Shown: positions 63,369 to 64,000 of the stretch, piece by piece
Position numbering within the stretch: the first letter of the stretch is position 1
Layout: each line of letters begins with the position of its first letter
Origin: Candidatus Micrarchaeota archaeon
GTDB lineage: Archaea > Micrarchaeota > Micrarchaeia > Micrarchaeales > CABMGC01
Assembly (NCBI GenBank): GCA_021801225.1
Contig: JAJYYF010000012.1
Span: 125,027-189,026 of the forward strand
Length of the DNA: 64,000 nucleotides
Direction: 5' to 3'
Program-made: the position numbers and the translations under genes
Notes under the pieces: model-generated
The model's input: only the letters and a program-made list of their open reading frames with translations
The model's database searches: none
What the model was told of the DNA's origin: nothing

Positions 63369-64000
63369 ACTCTAACCAATATTCATGTGACATCTTCCTA
63401 CAGATAAATCAGTGGGCTTCCCAAACTAAACAACAGAATAATATGGAACAAAAAGGATATATGTGTTTGTAATAAAATCTTATCATACTACAGTACATCT
63501 CGAAATCTAAGCTCGGGGAGAGTTTATAAGACCACAGATTTCCAGTGAGGCAATTTTCGTTGAATTGAGAAAATATCCAACTAAACAAGGATATGAAATC
63601 TATGAATCCCTGATGGAAAAATGGAATTCTTCTATTTATCTACGGTTCGCTTTCATTCTATCTATAAATTGTGTGGGATTTCAAGCTCACTTTGTTAAAT
63701 GTTCTAATAATAAGTATTATAAATTTTGGCATAAATATATTGTAATATAATTAATATAATTAATGTGATTAAATCGAGACAGATAATATTCAGCAAACTT
63801 CCCAGCAAGAATCACCACAGTCCAAAATACAGAGTCCTACATCATCTCCAATTCCGGAAGCTTCACAACCTACCACTGAAAAACAATATAACAAAAAATC
63901 AAAGACAATTATATATCTCGCTATAATTTTAGTTATTGTAATAATAACTGTTTCATTTTATTTTATATTAATGAGAAGCGACATACAACAATCAAATACC

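Noticed and set aside
63565-63750. 61-aa plus-strand ORF
   Set aside because: It has no SD-like sequence, an odd composition and no recognisable family. It lies in a region that looks non-coding or decayed.
1-64000. CRISPR arrays, rRNA genes, SRP RNA or RNase P RNA
   Set aside because: I saw no regularly spaced direct repeats. The only GC-rich structured blocks longer than about 60 nt are the five tRNAs. This is a by-eye scan only; Infernal/Rfam would be decisive.

Overview
AT-rich, densely coding and clearly archaeal chromosomal segment. Core archaeal genes present: Hel308-type helicase, ATP-dependent DNA ligase, topoisomerase VI subunit A, membrane-bound LonB, uL30 and uL15, a beta-CASP (aCPSF-like) RNase, archease, deoxyhypusine synthase and endonuclease IV. 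The division set is FtsZ-based: two adjacent FtsZ paralogues plus SepF elsewhere. I fold five tRNA genes by hand, all on the minus strand: Thr-UGU twice, Tyr-GUA with the archaeal C1:G72 pair, Ile-GAU and Cys-GCA. Four of them carry 32-41 nt introns at position 37/38. The very low GC, the isolated uL30-uL15 pair, the many intron-bearing tRNAs and abundant pilin-like surface proteins suggest a small-genome DPANN-like archaeon; that assignment is inference only. Accessory or unusual content: (1) a duplicated tRNA-Thr plus SpeH-like module bracketing about 3.3 kb of decayed IS fragments (IS200/IS605 TnpA, IS630-like, IS4/IS5-like), a truncated DegT-type aminotransferase and an intact Nudix gene. 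(2) A membrane-anchored tandem AAA+ ATPase. (3) A large type IV pilus-like locus at 32.1-43.0 kb: three class-III-signal pilin-like genes including an 887-aa LamG-rich one, split TadB/TadC-like platform genes, a FlaI/TadA-like ATPase, and a wHTH-coiled-coil gene whose 5' end and promoter are tandemly duplicated. An unlinked 822-aa pilin-like adhesin is also present. (4) A Nudix-UDG fusion coupled to an archaeosortase-like gene. (5) A small Ser/Cys-rich peptide ORF next to a His-less PEP-swivel protein and a C39-like cysteine peptidase. (6) A HerA/FtsK-like ATPase fused to a putative PD-(D/E)xK nuclease. (7) A GGDEF-type nucleotide cyclase, unexpected in an archaeon. No CRISPR array, rRNA or intact transposase was seen. 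All calls rest on reading the supplied translations and hand-folding RNAs; no searches were run.
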